From Candidatus Cloacimonadales bacterium (GTDB taxonomy: Bacteria; Cloacimonadota; Cloacimonadia; Cloacimonadales; DAONDQ01), in assembly GCA_963662275.1 (NCBI GenBank), contig OY759316.1, positions 4,224,001 through 4,288,000 on the forward strand: a DNA stretch of 64,000 nucleotides, read 5' to 3'. Both the position numbers and the translations under genes were made by a program. The notes below the pieces were generated by a model. That model did no database searches and was not told the origin of the DNA. It saw nothing but the letters and a program-made list of their open reading frames with translations. This document shows positions 39,188 through 49,526 of this stretch, piece after piece. Within the stretch, counting starts at the first letter, position 1; each line of letters opens with the position of its first letter.

Positions 39188-40576
39188 ATGAAACTCTTAT
39201 TAGTTTTAATAATCACTACATTATTTGTTGGTCTTCATGGATATACGATGTCTCAAAGATACTCTTTCACAGAGTCCTTCAGTTCTTATGCATCAATCAC
39301 AGGAGTAAATCTGACAGCTTTGCAAACCGACGAAGCTGTTTCCACACCTATTACCATTCCATTTGACTTTCAGTATGCACAGACAGCATACAATCTTGTG
39401 CAAATCAGTTCTAACGGGTGGATTGGATTGGGTACGGGATTCACTTCTCCTGCCTATACCAATAAGCTGCAAGCTGGAATCTACCCAATTATTGCCCCTT
39501 TATGGGATGATCTGAGCATGATTAATGGTTCTGTCATATATACAACAGTTGGCAGTACACCCGACAGAGTATTCATTGTCCAATACACCAATGCAAAATG
39601 GGTATACAATGCAACATCCTCATTTTCATTTCAGACAAAGCTTTACGAAAACGGATCCATTGAGTTCTGTTATGGCCCTTCAACCGGAAATCCCTTAAAC
39701 CCAAGTGCATCCATTGGAATCAATGTACCCAATGCAGGTATGCGTGATTTTTTCAGTATCACACCTGGTACAACATCAACCATTTCTGAGACAACTGAAA
39801 ATGCTGCTGTGACTACTTTCCCCGGAAATGGCAAAGTCTTTCGTTTTACATATAAGCCTCTTCTCCGGAATCTTGTTTATAATGGAAGCTGTGAAATGGC
39901 TTTAGTGGGTGGTAACATACCCGGATGGGGCATTACTTCTGGAAACTGGACACAAGATAACACGGTAACACCTTTTGAGGGGCACAAGTACTTCTATGCA
40001 GGGAACTGCTCTGTGGGAGAGATAAACCAAATGGTCAACGTATCTGATTATGCTTCCCAGATCGATCAGCAGCATATGCAGTTCCAGTTCAAAGCCTACG
40101 TGCGCTCTTGGGATCAGGTTCCTCCTGATGAAGTTAGAATTATTGTTACTTACATGATGGATATCAGTATGGCTCTATATACCTATGATTCTTTCAATCT
40201 AGCAAGTCCCTGGGGTTGGTTTTTACTGGAAGATACTAAGTTGGCTCCGATAGGAACCAGAAAAATCTACATATCCATCATTAGCATCCGCAACACAGGA
40301 TATGGTAATGACGGTTATGTAGACGAAATCAGTATAACGCCTATCGATGTATCAGTCACCCTGGATACACCAGTAGTCGAAATTACCAAATTGACTAACG
40401 GCAACATGCACCTCTCCTGGTCTCCGATAGACGGAGCAAGCGTTTATGAAATCCTGGGTTCTTCAGATCCATTTGGAACATTTAGCAGTATTGGAACGAC
40501 AACAAACAATTTCTGGGAAGAGTCATCAGCATTGAACCAGATGAAGTATTACAAGGTGAAGGCTCGGGATTATTAA
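39188..40576 (+). CDS. Secreted multidomain protein with truncated FN3-like C-terminal domain
   Basis: Signal peptide; SSNGWI, IAPLWDDL (nidogen-like); CBM-like domain; C-terminal LSWSPIDGASVYEI..SSDPF...YYKVKARDY. Confidence 0.75.
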   Translation: MKLLLVLIITTLFVGLHGYTMSQRYSFTESFSSYASITGVNLTALQTDEAVSTPITIPFDFQYAQTAYNLVQISSNGWIGLGTGFTSPAYTNKLQAGIYPIIAPLWDDLSMINGSVIYTTVGSTPDRVFIVQYTNAKWVYNATSSFSFQTKLYENGSIEFCYGPSTGNPLNPSASIGINVPNAGMRDFFSITPGTTSTISETTENAAVTTFPGNGKVFRFTYKPLLRNLVYNGSCEMALVGGNIPGWGITSGNWTQDNTVTPFEGHKYFYAGNCSVGEINQMVNVSDYASQIDQQHMQFQFKAYVRSWDQVPPDEVRIIVTYMMDISMALYTYDSFNLASPWGWFLLEDTKLAPIGTRKIYISIISIRNTGYGNDGYVDEISITPIDVSVTLDTPVVEITKLTNGNMHLSWSPIDGASVYEILGSSDPFGTFSSIGTTTNNFWEESSALNQMKYYKVKARDY

Positions 40577-40786
40577 ATTAATCCGTAATATCAGTAATTC
40601 CATTTCTTGAAGTACTATTAATAAAGTAGCAGGATGTCATGGACAGATATGCTTTGAAGAATGAGAATGATTCCTGGTTGTTTATGATACGCAACATCTG
40701 TGATATTTAACAAATCTCTTGACATACCTTGTAAACAAATGCTTAATACAAGGATAACTTTCGATGTATAAGATAGCATTAATCTA

Positions 40787-41230
40787 ATGGTGGAGAACAT
40801 GGATCAGGATTTTATCGCTGCTGACAAACAATACCGTAATCGATTCCTATTAATAACGATCGGGATAATCATCGTCTTATCTTTGATTCTTTGTTTTGTT
40901 TTTCCTGCTTTCCAAGATTGGCTAACGAAGATGGAACCAGAAAAAGGCATGAAAGTGATTGCGACAGCATTATTCATTCTTTTCATTTTACCAATTCCAT
41001 TAGGTTTTAAAATGCTTTCGATTTCAAATCGTATCTTGAGAGATCAGTGTTATCCACCCGAGGGTATGAGAGTGCTTTTTGATACAAACATTATTCGAGG
41101 AGATAAGGCAAAATTACGTGCCTATGTATTTCTCCTATTAGCTTTTCTTATTTTCTTTATATCAATTTTTTGTGCTTTTTCAGTACAAATATTTCTAAAA
41201 ATCTTAACAACGACAAGGAGTTTTACATGA
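40787..41230 (+). CDS. Hypothetical membrane protein
   Basis: Three hydrophobic helices; YPPEG motif; start may be 40799. Confidence 0.6.
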   Translation: MVENMDQDFIAADKQYRNRFLLITIGIIIVLSLILCFVFPAFQDWLTKMEPEKGMKVIATALFILFILPIPLGFKMLSISNRILRDQCYPPEGMRVLFDTNIIRGDKAKLRAYVFLLLAFLIFFISIFCAFSVQIFLKILTTTRSFT

Positions 41231-42963
41231 ACCGTATATCTTTAATTATCATCCTATTCTTTTTATCAATAACTTTATGTGCACAATGGGTTGATGACCC
41301 AAACGTCAATACACCTATTTTTGCTAGAGCAGGCGATACAACTATGCCTAAGATTGAAATGACAAGTGAAGGACATAGCTTTATTTCCTGTTTCTCCAAT
41401 GATGAGAATAATTACGATGTCCGCCTGCAATATCTCGATGGAACAGGAACACCTTTATGGCAGCAGGGAGGTATTCTTGTAAGCAATCATCCTGCAATGA
41501 CCTATGTTACAGATTATGATATGGCTTTAGCAGCAGACAGCATTGCTATCATCGCTTTTTCAGATGTTCGGGAGAATGGAGGTCATTATCATCCAGTTGC
41601 ATATGCCATTTCAAAATCAGGACTATTTCTTTGGGGAAATGACGGAATACCTCTTTCCACTGAAGGAACTTATGAACCGGATCCTAAAGTAACGGTAACA
41701 GAACAGGGTAACGTAGTCGTTTGCTGGATGCGTAATACAGAACCCACAACAAGCATTGTAATACAAATGATTAGTCCCACAGGAGAGCTTTTATGGGGTA
41801 ATGGTATCATATTGACCAGCACTGACAACAGCGGATACGAATATCCAGTTATTATGCCTGTCCATACTCCAGCAGGAAACAGCAATGAAGTCATCCTGCT
41901 TTGGGTGAAACGTATAGGAACTTCCATGTATGCCCCACGATACATTGCAGCGCAGAAATTTGATGGAACAGGAGTTGCAGAATGGTCTTCAGAGACGATC
42001 GTTCAAAATAACGGCAGTATGCCAATCTATGAACATTTTAACTTCGAAAATGATGAAAATGGCGGTGTTTTTGTCAGTTGGTTCGTCTATAGCGGTAGCC
42101 TCTTCGATTGTTATTATCAGCATGTCAATAGTGATGGAACCAACGCATTACAGGAAAATGGGATTGTTTTCTGCGCAAGCCAGAATCGGATGTACTTGAA
42201 TCCCGTTCTTGCATATGATCATCCAAATAATGTCCTTTATGCTTTTTGCCAGATGAAGAATGGAGGACAGGATAACTGGGGAATACTCGGTCAGAAGTTT
42301 GACCAGGCGGGTAATTACATATGGATATCATCAGGTATAGACATTGTTTCTTTAAGCCAAGTCGAAGTTGAAAACATGGTAGTTCAATTTACTGGGGAAA
42401 ATTGTGTCTTAACTTACCTTAATGCTCCAGGCACTTCCTTATCTCAACAAGTAACCTGCACCAGTATTTCTCCTGATGGCACTTTTACCTGGTCAAATCA
42501 ATATAAAGATATATCATTAGTTCAAAGCAGCAAGACAAAGATGGTTTGCGGTCCTTTTGTAAACAACCAAATGGTAGTTACCTGGGCTGACGGCAGGACT
42601 GATAATGCTGACATTTACGCACAGAATATCTGGTCTGATGGTAACTTAGGACAAATCGTTGGAAACGATGATCATACTGCTTCTACGAAGTTGTCTGGAC
42701 TTACCAATTACCCAAATCCATTCAATCCTGTAACAACAATCGCGTATCATCTAAAATCCTCAAGTCTGGTTTCTCTTGATGTTTACAATTTGAAGGGACA
42801 AGTTGTTAAAACCCTGGTTTCTGAAAGGGAAATAGCAGGTGAACATCATATCGTGTGGAATGGGAAAGATTCAAATAATAGTGCTGTTGCCAGCGGTGTT
42901 TATTTCTGTAAAATGACGACTGGAAACAATCAGGTTGTCAGGAAAATGATATTGATGAGGTAA
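41227..42963 (+). CDS. Secreted beta-propeller-like protein with FlgD/T9SS-type CTD
   Basis: Start MNRISL; repeated Q.....G..LW...GI motifs; NYPNPFNP...RKMILMR. Confidence 0.85.
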   Translation: MNRISLIIILFFLSITLCAQWVDDPNVNTPIFARAGDTTMPKIEMTSEGHSFISCFSNDENNYDVRLQYLDGTGTPLWQQGGILVSNHPAMTYVTDYDMALAADSIAIIAFSDVRENGGHYHPVAYAISKSGLFLWGNDGIPLSTEGTYEPDPKVTVTEQGNVVVCWMRNTEPTTSIVIQMISPTGELLWGNGIILTSTDNSGYEYPVIMPVHTPAGNSNEVILLWVKRIGTSMYAPRYIAAQKFDGTGVAEWSSETIVQNNGSMPIYEHFNFENDENGGVFVSWFVYSGSLFDCYYQHVNSDGTNALQENGIVFCASQNRMYLNPVLAYDHPNNVLYAFCQMKNGGQDNWGILGQKFDQAGNYIWISSGIDIVSLSQVEVENMVVQFTGENCVLTYLNAPGTSLSQQVTCTSISPDGTFTWSNQYKDISLVQSSKTKMVCGPFVNNQMVVTWADGRTDNADIYAQNIWSDGNLGQIVGNDDHTASTKLSGLTNYPNPFNPVTTIAYHLKSSSLVSLDVYNLKGQVVKTLVSEREIAGEHHIVWNGKDSNNSAVASGVYFCKMTTGNNQVVRKMILMR

Positions 42964-43021
42964 GGCAGAAGGGACAGATATTAGGTGCTAGAGCAGCTTA
43001 GAAATCACACAAATGAAACAT

Positions 43022-43219
43022 AAGACCCCCCTACCCCCCTTCCCAAGGGGGGATTATTGGAAGGTACAGTTCGGAAAAGGAAAATCCCCTTCCCAAGGGG
43101 GGATTATTGGAAGGTACAGTTCGGAAAAGGAAAATCCCCTTCCCAAAGGGGTATTATCGGAAGTACAGTTCGGAAAAGGGATGAAAATCCCCCCTTGGGA
43201 AGGGGGGTAGGGGGGTCTT
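43022..43219. repeat. Element with ~33 bp terminal inverted repeats and an internal 50 bp tandem
   Basis: aagacccccctaccccccttcccaaggggggatt at left, reverse complement at right; internal unit period 50. Confidence 0.9.
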
Positions 43220-43263
43220 TTCTGAATCTGAGACTTGGCATCTGTAACCTAATTGGAGGATTT

Positions 43264-43536
43264 ATGCTATCTACATGCGGAGTATGTTGTGCAACTGATT
43301 GTCATGCATATCAAGTTGAATGCGATGGTTGTGTCGAACTGGAAGGAAAGGTTTCCTGGGCTGAATTTTATGGAACAGAAACTTGTCCTATTTATACCTG
43401 TGCAAACCTGCGAGGTTTTCAATCTTGTGCAGAATGCGGACAGGCACCCTGTGATATTTGGTATTCCACAAAAAATCCGGATGCTACAGATGCAGAATTT
43501 GAAGCGGATATACAGTCACGACTGAGTAATTTATAG
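43264..43536 (+). CDS. Cys-rich small protein (DUF3795-like)
   Basis: CG..C..C....C.GC; C.IY.C......C.EC...PC; GGAGG RBS. Confidence 0.8.
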   Translation: MLSTCGVCCATDCHAYQVECDGCVELEGKVSWAEFYGTETCPIYTCANLRGFQSCAECGQAPCDIWYSTKNPDATDAEFEADIQSRLSNL

Positions 43537-43629
43537 TGGCTACTTCGTCAAGTTGTGTAAAGTTTACTCAGGAAACTGCAAAACATTCATGACCTTGAAG
43601 TGTCCATTACAGTAGCCTATGTAGCGCAT

Positions 43630-43745
43630 TAATAATCAGAGAAATAGCAGAGAAACATGAAGCAGAAATGAACCAGCCTTAAACGAAAGCGCTCTCGATT
43701 TTGTCTCGGTAATGTCTAGGTTATCTCTCGGTTATCATATAGGGG
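43630..43745. repeat. 11-nt periodic repeat arms
   Basis: cagagaaa at 43637/43648; tctcg-like units at 43693/704/715/726. Confidence 0.55.
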
Positions 43746-43817
43746 CTATGTGCGAGGAATGCGGTACCTTCTGTAGAGCGGAAAGATCCCTGCCCCCTTC
43801 CCAGGGGGGGGTATGAG

Positions 43818-43911
43818 AGCAAGAACGGCGTCTTGCTTTACTGTGTTACTGGATGTTTAGTAGGATCGGAATCCTACTCCACGCAGCAGCAAGAACGGTG
43901 TCTTGCTTTAC
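43818..43911 (-). repeat. Three REP hairpins (GTRR-AGYARGA family)
   Basis: Minus strand gtaaagcaagacaccgttcttgct, gtggagtaggattccgatcctact, gtaaagcaagacgccgttcttgct. Confidence 0.8.
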
Positions 43912-43912
43912 C

Positions 43913-44500
43913 TCAAAACCGATAGCTGAAGCCCAGGTATTTATTATTTTTACCGGACAGATCACCCAAAGCAAAGTTCAATTTCAAATTATGAAGATTC
44001 AACCCGGTTTGTTTCTTCTCATCATACAAGGTTTTATAGATTGGGCAAATACCCATAAACGGTAATCCAATCAGGAAACCAGCACCAGCACAAACATATA
44101 TCGGCAGCATATAAACATCTGTGTTATCTTCATCGTCAGTGTCATATTCAGGTTCACGGTTATCACTTGCCATCATGGCAAAGGATAGACCCAGACCAAA
44201 GGCTAAGCCAATACAAGTAGTAACCAATGTGATTTTCTCTCCTTTACTACCTGTTTTATATTCCAGCTTGGAGATTTGGTCAAAATTAACGGTTATACTA
44301 TCTGTTGATGTAACAAAACCTGTGATGAAATCCTCACGGATATTAGCATTATACAACACAGATGTTTTACCTGTTTGATCCTGGTAACGCAATTGTTCAT
44401 AGTAACCCTTGTTGCTGAGACTGTCCGGCAGGACTGCTACGCAATTAACGGTAATCAGTAAAATCACAGATAAAAGCAATAAAAGTTTTGAGTAAATCAT
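43913..44500 (-). CDS. Hypothetical exported/membrane protein
   Basis: Signal peptide, Gly-rich hydrophobic segments, C-terminal LGFSYRF. Confidence 0.6.
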   Translation of the reverse strand: MIYSKLLLLLSVILLITVNCVAVLPDSLSNKGYYEQLRYQDQTGKTSVLYNANIREDFITGFVTSTDSITVNFDQISKLEYKTGSKGEKITLVTTCIGLAFGLGLSFAMMASDNREPEYDTDDEDNTDVYMLPIYVCAGAGFLIGLPFMGICPIYKTLYDEKKQTGLNLHNLKLNFALGDLSGKNNKYLGFSYRF

Positions 44501-44705
44501 TTTTCCTTCTCATGATTTCTTATGCAGAGCAGAATATTGAACAAATATGTAATTAAGTTGTGATAGTGCAATTTCATTGTCAAGTTTTCAAAATAGAGAT
44601 TAGGAGTTATTGGGGTGTTGTACCTTCAAGCGCCAGCTTCTTCAAATATTTCTTGCCAAATTAAACAGAAGTTTCAAAAGTCGCAGGTTGCTTTAGGAGG
44701 CTGGA

Positions 44706-45350
44706 ATGTCAGTGATATTGAGAACAACAAAGGTAATCGAAAATCAGATCGATCAATTCCTGGATATTGTGAGTGAATGCGCATTGCTCTTTGGATTGGG
44801 AGTGGAAGATTATCTTGCAGAAAGGACTGTACAATTTGAAGAAAGACTAGATGCAATTCGTCAAAATGAACGGAAAGCAGATGAATTGCGTGTCCATATT
44901 GAACGCTATTTATATGAAAATACACTGATACCTGAAAACCGGGGAGATGTACTTGCTATTTTAGAAAATACTGATGAAGTAGTTGATCATATGAAGGACA
45001 CAATACTGCAGTTTTCGATTGAAAAACCAAGTATTCCCACCGAATTTGATGATCTTTTTCTCCAGACAACCAAGGCTTCTGTTCAAGCTGTGGAAATGCT
45101 GGCGAGCGGTGTCAGATCTTTCTTTAGGGATCTGTATGCGGTTTCGAATTATATTCATAAAGTCTATTTCTTTGAAAAGGAAGCAGATCATCTTGCAGAA
45201 AAGCTGAAACGGCAGATATTCGCCACTGATTTAGATTTAGCAAATAAAGTACATCTCCGTTATTTTACCTACCAGGTAGAAGCGATTTCTGATTATGCCC
45301 AAGCTGTATGTGACCGTTTAGCGATATATGTTATTAAACGTCAATTATAG
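44706..45350 (+). CDS. DUF47 phosphate transport regulator (PhoU-like)
   Basis: E.KAD.LR..IE..LY, P..RGD.L, EKEAD, ISDYA..V.DRL; adjacent to PiT. Confidence 0.9.
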   Translation: MSVILRTTKVIENQIDQFLDIVSECALLFGLGVEDYLAERTVQFEERLDAIRQNERKADELRVHIERYLYENTLIPENRGDVLAILENTDEVVDHMKDTILQFSIEKPSIPTEFDDLFLQTTKASVQAVEMLASGVRSFFRDLYAVSNYIHKVYFFEKEADHLAEKLKRQIFATDLDLANKVHLRYFTYQVEAISDYAQAVCDRLAIYVIKRQL

Positions 45351-45367
45351 TAAGGTTAAGTAAAATA

Positions 45368-46879
45368 ATGGGTTTCATTTTTCTAACGAGCGGATTATTT
45401 TTAGGCTGGTCACTTGGTGCCAATCATCATGGTAATATCTTTGGCGCTGCAGTCCAGACGAAAATGATCAAGTTTAAATATGCAGCTTTGATTGCCAGCA
45501 TATCTGTCATTTTAGGTTCGGTTATCGAAGGTAGCGGAGGTTCTGCCACGTTGAACAGATTAGGTTCTGTTAACGCTGCCGCCGGAGCTTTTGCAGTTGC
45601 TTTAGCAACAGCTATTTCCGTTGCGCTCATGACAAAAATAAAACTCCCCGTTTCCACGTCCCAGGGTATTGTGGGTGCCATCATTGGCTGGAATATCTTT
45701 GCAGGTATGCTCACCGATTATTCTTCCCTGATCAGCATTGTCACTAGCTGGATTGTTGCTCCAGTACTCGCTGCCACTATTGCTTTTGGACTGTATTTCC
45801 TTTTTCGTTATTATTTGAATCGGTCTAAAATTCACTTGTTGAAGCAGGATTCTCTAAATCGCTGGCTATTACTTATTTTTGGTGCATTCGGAGCCTATAG
45901 TTTGGGTGCCAATAATATAGCTAATGTTGTTGGTATCTTTGTTTCTGTTAATCCTTTTCATGATATCATAATCCTTTCAAATTTCACAATCACGGGTATT
46001 CAACAACTTTATTTCTGGGGTTCACTATCCATTGCAGTTGGAATTTATACATATTCGGAACGTGTAATGAGTACAGTTGGAACGGATTTATATAAATTAT
46101 CCCCTCTTACCGGATTGATCGTGGTCATTGCGGAAGCACTTGTTTTGTATCTATTCGGTTCCAAAGGATTGCAAAATGTCCTCTTGAGTCTGCATTTACC
46201 TACAATTCCACTTGTCCCAATTTCCTCTTCCCAAGGCGTGATTGGTGCTGTGATTGGTGTCGGTCTTGCAAAAGGAGGAAAGAATATTCATTTTGGTGTC
46301 ATGGGTAAAATATCTCTTGGTTGGGTTGCTGCACCGTTACTCGCCTGTGCCCTATCTTTCGTATTGTTGTTCTTTGTACAAAATGTCTTTGAACAACCTG
46401 TCATGGTAAAAACTTCCTACATTTTTGATAAGAATGTGTTGTTGGAATTGCAGGCAAGAGGTCTAAATCTTAACTATTTAACAGATGTAAACGGCAGAAC
46501 CTATGATAGCGCTCGTGCACTTCGTCTTAATTTAGATAAAATGCCACAATACACACGCAACCAGAAGGTAATCATCAGTAAAGTCTCTGAAATCGATAAA
46601 ATGCAGATAAATTATATCAAATTACGTAACGAATTAGATTCTTCCACTTTCGATTTTTCCCAGTGGTTGGCAATTTCAGCTTTAAATGGGAAACTGTACG
46701 ATCATGATTGGCAATTGCAGAATGATTTAACCCAGATTACCAAGGATTGGAAGTACCTGAAGAAAAGCAACAGGAACCAAATTTACAATGCTGAAATGGC
46801 AAAGAAATACAAAATTCTGATCCAATATAGTAAGATCACAAAACCTGTTATTGCAGACACAGATCAGGATAATAAATAG
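45368..46879 (+). CDS. Inorganic phosphate transporter (PiT/PHO4 family)
   Basis: GAN motifs (GANH, GANNIAN), PVSTSQ, PISSSQ..IG. Confidence 0.9.
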   Translation: MGFIFLTSGLFLGWSLGANHHGNIFGAAVQTKMIKFKYAALIASISVILGSVIEGSGGSATLNRLGSVNAAAGAFAVALATAISVALMTKIKLPVSTSQGIVGAIIGWNIFAGMLTDYSSLISIVTSWIVAPVLAATIAFGLYFLFRYYLNRSKIHLLKQDSLNRWLLLIFGAFGAYSLGANNIANVVGIFVSVNPFHDIIILSNFTITGIQQLYFWGSLSIAVGIYTYSERVMSTVGTDLYKLSPLTGLIVVIAEALVLYLFGSKGLQNVLLSLHLPTIPLVPISSSQGVIGAVIGVGLAKGGKNIHFGVMGKISLGWVAAPLLACALSFVLLFFVQNVFEQPVMVKTSYIFDKNVLLELQARGLNLNYLTDVNGRTYDSARALRLNLDKMPQYTRNQKVIISKVSEIDKMQINYIKLRNELDSSTFDFSQWLAISALNGKLYDHDWQLQNDLTQITKDWKYLKKSNRNQIYNAEMAKKYKILIQYSKITKPVIADTDQDNK

Positions 46880-46999
46880 CCAGTTATTCTATTTTATTTC
46901 AATTAGATAAGTCTTCCCGTATGCAAATAGTTATAAATATAATAAAGAAATAGGTTACAAAAGAATATGTTTAGATTTTTATAATTAATGAAAAATATA

Positions 47000-47029
47000 T
47001 TGACAATAACAGAGCAAACTTCGTATATT
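47000..47029 (+). promoter_or_regulatory. Putative sigma70 promoter
   Basis: TTGACA-N18-TATATT upstream of the 47105 operon. Confidence 0.5.
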
Positions 47030-47104
47030 GAATAATTAGATTTTAACCTGTATGTTTTATCCCCAGATCGATAAATATCATAATATATCATCAAGGAGGT
47101 ATCC

Positions 47105-48286
47105 ATGCACTGGCAAAAAAACCTGTTATGCTTTTTCATTTTTGTTGAATGCTGTCTCTTTTTAAATGCTGCACCATTTACCATCAACAACAACACCAGA
47201 ACTGACAGTCCTCCAGATAGCGCTGAAGCGACTTCACAATTAATTGAACTGGATAATGTTAATCCTCAAGTTTCTGTCAACACTCCCAACGGAGTGCTGA
47301 CATGGATGAGCGGGGAAATTCACAATATCACCTGGAGTGCAACGGATTCGAATCTGTTTCCTAACCAGGTGAATATTGTTCTGAGTATGGATGGTGGAGC
47401 TACATATCCCACTTTAATTGCAGTTGGTGAAGTGAATGACGGTGAATACTCCTGGACAATACCAACAATGACTTCGTTCCTGGCAAAAGTGAAAGTTATT
47501 GCCTTGGATAGTTTTGGGAATGTTGGTTCTGACCATAGTGATGGCACTTTCACTGTACCAGGTCAGATCGTTTCAGTTACATCTGGTATCGCAATGGACA
47601 CCGTTGATCCAGTGGCTGAGTTGGTAAAACCGGATGCTACTACAGTTGGCTACATCGATGAGCAGAATGAAATTCAATGGAGTGCAAGTGATAACCATCT
47701 GATAGATCAGCCCATTCAACTTCAATATCAGAAGAACAGCACCGCTCCCTGGGTGAATATTCAGGCTGCTCTGGAAAATACCAGTTCGTATCTCTGGACA
47801 GTGCCGGATGTCGTTACTCCGGAAGCGCGAGTTTGTTTAGTCGTGACAGATACATTTGGTAATACAGCCAGCGAAATCTCCAATTCATTCTGCATTAAAC
47901 ATGCGGAACCAGCAACACCGCTGGGTGTTTCCATCACGAGATTGAATAATCAGGATGTAAGGATATCCTGGAATGCTGTAACTAAAAACATTCATGATAT
48001 ACCCATCCAGCTCTCTTCGTATCAAATACTGTATAATGATACTTCAGGACCAGAAAATGACTCTGATTATCAACTACTGGCTCAGGTTTCCTGTAGTGAT
48101 ACAAATTATGAATTTACTCCGACTGGAACACTAGGTAATTCTTTTCATTCCTTCTATCGAGTTTTAGCGATTAAGGATTACGACAAACGTTCCAATAATA
48201 CTCCTACAGGATTAGTTGATAGCACTAAAAAAGCAGCTTTTCAAACAAGCAATCATTCGATCATCAATAGGTTAAAACAAAAATAA
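47105..48286 (+). CDS. Secreted scaffold-like protein: 2 Ig-like domains and a truncated FN3-like domain
   Basis: Signal peptide; I.W.A.D...W..P...A.V.....D.FGN..S..S..F; C-terminal SWN.V...YQI...FYRVLA. Confidence 0.75.
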   Translation: MHWQKNLLCFFIFVECCLFLNAAPFTINNNTRTDSPPDSAEATSQLIELDNVNPQVSVNTPNGVLTWMSGEIHNITWSATDSNLFPNQVNIVLSMDGGATYPTLIAVGEVNDGEYSWTIPTMTSFLAKVKVIALDSFGNVGSDHSDGTFTVPGQIVSVTSGIAMDTVDPVAELVKPDATTVGYIDEQNEIQWSASDNHLIDQPIQLQYQKNSTAPWVNIQAALENTSSYLWTVPDVVTPEARVCLVVTDTFGNTASEISNSFCIKHAEPATPLGVSITRLNNQDVRISWNAVTKNIHDIPIQLSSYQILYNDTSGPENDSDYQLLAQVSCSDTNYEFTPTGTLGNSFHSFYRVLAIKDYDKRSNNTPTGLVDSTKKAAFQTSNHSIINRLKQK

Positions 48287-48295
48287 GGAGATGTT

Positions 48296-49477
48296 ATGAG
48301 AAGTGCTATCCACACCTTCATCCTCATCGTTGTTTTTATACAATTGTTCACTTTTTGTTATGCTATTTTACCTGAAGTTACTAACTCTTCTGCTGTCCAG
48401 CGTACGGATGGCAGCAAAATAGTAGATATTTACTACGATATATCATGTGAAACTCAAACAACAGTCTACATCAGTTTAGTAGTCTCCAACGATAATGGAA
48501 CAACATTTATGATCACACCCAAAAAAGTAAACTTGAGTGGAGATTGTGGTAAGAAAACATTCGCTCAAGGTCTCTCCCAACATAGTATTCAATGGAATGC
48601 AGGAAATGAGTCACGGAAGTTTGATGGTAGTGGCTTTAAGTTTAAAGTGCAAGTGTGGAATAAGATACCAATTCCACCTAACTTCGTTTTAGTTGAAGGT
48701 GGAACTATTAATAATGGTTTATATAATGTAGATATAGGGACTTTCTATATAGATATGTATGAACTTACCCAGAAAGAGTATTCAAAAATTATGGGACATA
48801 ATCCTGTAAATGATTATCCTATGGATGTACATGGTACAGGTGATTTTTATCCAGTCTATTATGTCTCATGGTACAATGCCATAGAATATTGCAACAGGCG
48901 AAGCATAAATGAAGATCTGATCCCCTGCTACAGTTACACAACATATGGGACAGACCCTGCAAATTGGCCTATAGGTTGGAATACCAATGTCTCAAATCAT
49001 ACGAATATATCCTGCGATTGGACTGAAGCCAATGGCTATCGTTTACCCACTGAGATGGAGTGGATGTATACTGCGCGCGGAGGTAATCAGACGACGCATA
49101 ATTATACATATAGCGGGAGTGATAACGTCAACGATGTGGCTTGGTACGGGTCGTATCCACCAGCAGACGGTGGAGGTAACTCAGATATGACAACTCATAT
49201 TGTAGGTGGAAAGTTAGCTAATGAACTTGGTATATTTGATATGAGTGGCAATATCTGGGAATGGTGTTGGGATCAATGGGATAGACTTTCCCCTTACGTA
49301 GATGCCCCATATGGCTCTGGGAGTGGTGGTTTCCGTATTAGTCGAGGAGGTTGCTGGAAATACAGTCCAAGGTTCTGTGCTATAACAATTAGGAGCGGAG
49401 ACACTATTTATCCAGGCAATCGATCCATTGGATTCCGTGTCTGCAGGAATTATCAGAATTTCACTTCTCGCTTCTGA
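48296..49477 (+). CDS. Secreted Ig-like + FGE-sulfatase domain protein
   Basis: QRTDGSKIVDI; GYRLPTEMEW; NELGIFDMSGNIWEW; GFRVCR. Confidence 0.92.
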   Translation: MRSAIHTFILIVVFIQLFTFCYAILPEVTNSSAVQRTDGSKIVDIYYDISCETQTTVYISLVVSNDNGTTFMITPKKVNLSGDCGKKTFAQGLSQHSIQWNAGNESRKFDGSGFKFKVQVWNKIPIPPNFVLVEGGTINNGLYNVDIGTFYIDMYELTQKEYSKIMGHNPVNDYPMDVHGTGDFYPVYYVSWYNAIEYCNRRSINEDLIPCYSYTTYGTDPANWPIGWNTNVSNHTNISCDWTEANGYRLPTEMEWMYTARGGNQTTHNYTYSGSDNVNDVAWYGSYPPADGGGNSDMTTHIVGGKLANELGIFDMSGNIWEWCWDQWDRLSPYVDAPYGSGSGGFRISRGGCWKYSPRFCAITIRSGDTIYPGNRSIGFRVCRNYQNFTSRF

Positions 49478-49526
49478 AGATGTACTTAATCAAATAGGTG
49501 AATATCATGATACATAAGGAGATCTT

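Noticed and set aside
43022..43219. CRISPR array, or coding N-terminus of ORFs 43013/43057
   Set aside because: Identical spacers and terminal inverted repeats; repeat read-through inflates the ORFs, and the real gene starts at 43264
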